Shown in pieces: positions 61,062-64,000 of a stretch of DNA of 64,000 nt (position 1 is its first letter; each line of letters begins with the position of its first letter). The notes below the pieces were generated by a model. The model was not told the DNA's origin and searched no databases. It saw only the letters and a program-made list of their open reading frames with translations. Origin of the DNA: the human T2T-CHM13v2.0 reference genome, Homo sapiens; NCBI RefSeq assembly GCF_009914755.1, contig NC_060925.1. One strand, written 5' to 3'. The translations under genes and the position numbers were made by a program.

Positions 61062-64000
61062 ATGGAATCGTCATCGAATGAATTGAATGCAATCAACGAA
61101 TGGTCTCGAATGGAACCACCTCCAAATGGAAAGGAATGGAATGATCGCATAGAATCGAATGGAATTATCATCGAATGGACTCGAATGGAATCAACATCAA
61201 ACAGAATCAAACGGAATTATCGAATGGAATCGAAGAGAATCATCGAATGGACTCGAATGTAAACATCTAATGGAATGGAATGGAAGAATCCATGGTCTCG
61301 AATGCAATCATCATCGAATGGAATCGAATGGAATCATCGAATGGACTCGAATGGAATAATCATTGAACGGAATCGAATGGAATCATCATCGGATGGAAAC
61401 GAATGGAATCATCATCGAATGGAATCGAATGGGATCATCAAATGGAATCAGATGGAATCATCATCAAATGGAATCCAATAGAATTATGGAATGAAATCCA
61501 ATGTGATCATCATTGAATGGACTCGAATGGAATCATCATCCAATGGAAACTAATGGAATCAACATCGAATGGAATCGAATGGAAACACCATCGAATTGAA
61601 ACGAATGGAATTATCATGAAATTGAAATGGATGGACTCATCATCGAATGGATTCGAATGGAATCATCGAATGAAATTGATTGAAATCATCATCAAATGGA
61701 ATCGAATGGAATCATTGAATGCAATCGAATGGAATCATCATCAGATGGAAATGAATGGAATCATCATAGAATGGAATCGCATGGATTCATTGAATGGAAT
61801 CAGATGGAATCATCGAATGGACTTGAATGGAATCGTTGAATGGACTCGAATGGAATCATTATTGAATGGAATTGAATAGAATCATCGAATGGTCTCGAAT
61901 GGAATCATTATCAAATGAAGTCGAATGGAATCACCGAATAGAATCGAATGGAACAATCAACGAATGGACTCAAATGGAATTATCTTCAAATGGAATCAAA
62001 TGGATTTATCGAATGCAACCGAATGGAATTATCGAATGCAATCGAATAGAATCATCGAATGGACTCGAATGGAATCATCGAATGGAATGCAATGGATTAA
62101 TCCATGGACTCGAATTCAATCACCATCGAATACAATCGATTGGAGTCATCGAATCGACTCAAATGGAATAATCATTGAATGGAATCGAATGGAATCATCG
62201 AGTGGAATCGAATGGAATCATGATCAAATGGAATCGAATGTAATCATCATCAAATGGAATCAAAAATAAACATCATCAATAGGTATTGAATGGAATTGTC
62301 ATCAAACGCAATTCAAAGGAATCATCATCAAATGGAACCGAATGGAATCCTCATTGAATGTAAATGAAAGGAGTCATCATCTAATGGAATCGCATGGAAT
62401 CATCATCAAATGGAATCGAATGGAATCATCATCAAATGGAATCTAATGGAATCACTGAACGGAATTGAATGGAATCGTCATCGAATGAATTGAATGCAAT
62501 CAACGAATGGTCTCGAATGGAGACATCTCCAAATGGAATGGAATGGAATCATCGCATAGAATCGAATGGAATTATCATCGAATGGACTCGAATGTAATCA
62601 ACATCAAACGAAAAAAAACGGAATTATCGAATGGAATCGAAGAGAATCATCGAATGGACTCGAATGGAATCATCTAATAGAATGGAATGGAAGAATCCAT
62701 GGACCCGAATGCAATCATCATCGAATGGAATCGAATGGAATCATCGAATGGACTCGAATGGAATAATCATTGAACGGAATCGAATGGAATCATCATCAGA
62801 TGGAAACGAATGGAATCATCATCGAATGGAATCGAATGGGATCATCAAATGGAATCAGATGGAATCATCATCAAATGGAATCGAATAGAATTATGGAATG
62901 AAATCCAATGTGATCATCATTGAATGGACTCGAATGGAATCATCATCCAATGGAAACTAATGGAGTCAACATCGAATGGAATCGAATGGAAACACCATCG
63001 AATTGAAACGAATGGAATTATCATGAAATTGAAATGGATGGACTCATCATCGAATGGATTCGAATGGAATCATCGAATGAAATTGATTGAAATCATCATC
63101 AAATGGAATCGAAAGGAATCATTGAATGGAATCGAATGGAATAATCATCAGATGGAAATGAATCGAATCATCATAGAATGGAATCGCATGGATTCATTGA
63201 ATGGAATCAGATGGAATCATCGAATGGACTTGAATGGAATCGTTGAATGGACTTGAATGGAATCATTATTGAATGGAATTGAATAGAATCATCGAATGAT
63301 CTCGAATGGAATCATTATCAAATGAAGTTGAATGGAATCACCGAATAGAATCGAATGGAACAATCATCGAATGGACTCAAATGGAATTATCTTCAAATGG
63401 AATCAAATGGATTTATCGAATGCAATCGAATGGAATTATCGAATGCAATCGAATACAATCATCAAATGGACTCGAATGGAATCATCGAATGGAATGCAAT
63501 GGATTAATCCATGGACTCGAATTCAATCACCATCGAATACAATCGAAAGGAGTCATCGAATCGACTCAAATGGAATAATCATTGAATGGAATCGAATGGA
63601 ATCATCGAGTGGAATCAAATGGAATCATGATCAAATGGAATCGAATGTAATCATCATCAAATGGAATCAAAAATAAACATCATCAATAGGTATTGAATGG
63701 AATTGTCATCAAACGGAATTCAAAGGAATCATCATCAAATGGAACCGAATGGAATCCTCATTGAATGGAAATGAAAGGAGTCATCATCTAAAGGAATCGC
63801 ATGGAATCATCATCAAATGGAATCGAATGGAATCATCATCAAATGGAATCTAATGGAATCATTGAACGGAATTGAATGGAATCGTCATCGAATGAATTGA
63901 ATGCAATCAACGAATGGTCTCGAATGGAACCACCTCCAAATGGAATGGAATGGAATCATCGCATAGAATCGAATGGAATTATCATCGAATGGACTCGAAT

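Larger units (their letters stand above)
1223..63875 (+). repeat. 46 complete ~1.36-kb nested monomers (1297-1407 bp)
   Basis: The anchor atggaatcgtcatcgaatgaattgaatgcaatcaacg (with minor variants) recurs at 1223, 2604, 3924, 5245, 6626, 7946, 9353, 10759, 12107, 13514, 14836, 16143, 17455, 18813, 20194, 21506, 22853, 24260, 25600, 26947, 28353, 29733, 31053, 32400, 33781, 35100, 36507, 37854, 39260, 40580, 41938, 43344, 44666, 46073, 47454, 48772, 50179, 51499, 52906, 54224, 55631, 56928, 58335, 59655, 61062, 62469 and 63876. Mean spacing is ~1362 bp. Confidence 0.95.
1..64000 (+). repeat. Human Satellite II (HSat2/HSATII) pericentromeric tandem array, GAATG strand on +
   Basis: The sequence is almost entirely GGAAT/CGAAT pentamers punctuated by 1-2 CAT triplets (e.g. 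gaatggaatcgaatggaatcatcatc). This is the reverse complement of the classical Sat2 consensus (ATTCCATTCG)2(ATG)1-2. TCGA and GANTC sites are very dense. Pure (GGAAT)n runs are only ~3 units long, which argues against HSat3. Confidence 0.97.

Noticed and set aside
1-64000. CRISPR-like repeat-spacer array
   Set aside because: There are no unique spacers; intervening sequence is itself the same satellite, and no cas-like ORFs are present.
1-64000. HSat3, alpha satellite or telomeric repeat
   Set aside because: There are no long pure (GGAAT)n runs, no 171-bp period or CENP-B box that I could see, and no TTAGGG tracts. CATCAT and TCGA content fits HSat2.
1-64000. Heat-shock elements from abundant GAA triplets
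   Set aside because: The GAA units are direct repeats. I saw no arrays of alternating nGAAnnTTCn, and HSF1 nuclear stress bodies are chiefly an HSat3 feature.
1-64000. Embedded Alu/L1 insertion or orientation switch
   Set aside because: All 46 anchor intervals are 1297-1407 bp and explained by small indels, leaving no room for an insertion. I saw no CATTC-oriented segment.

Overview
The whole 64 kb is one uninterrupted, single-orientation array of human (or great-ape) classical Satellite II (HSat2/HSATII), with the GGAAT/CGAAT purine-rich strand on +. It is built from GAATG pentamers and CAT triplets grouped into 23/26-bp subunits. These are nested in a ~1.36-kb monomer: 47 anchor sites, 46 complete units, 1297-1407 bp. 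There are two main monomer types (~1407-bp L and ~1320-bp S) that tend to alternate as a ~2.73-kb dimer. I see no genes, RNA genes, transposons or inversions; all listed ORFs are satellite translation artefacts. I found no novel gene system. The interesting signal is structural and evolutionary: reciprocal recombinant monomers, recent 1.38-kb and 5.45-kb tandem duplications, dispersed multi-kb haplotype blocks, indels quantised to subunit lengths, GA>TT/GG>TT tandem mutations, and candidate homeodomain motifs (a 14-bp palindrome in every L unit and one DUX4-type 11-mer). All counts were made by eye and should be confirmed computationally.
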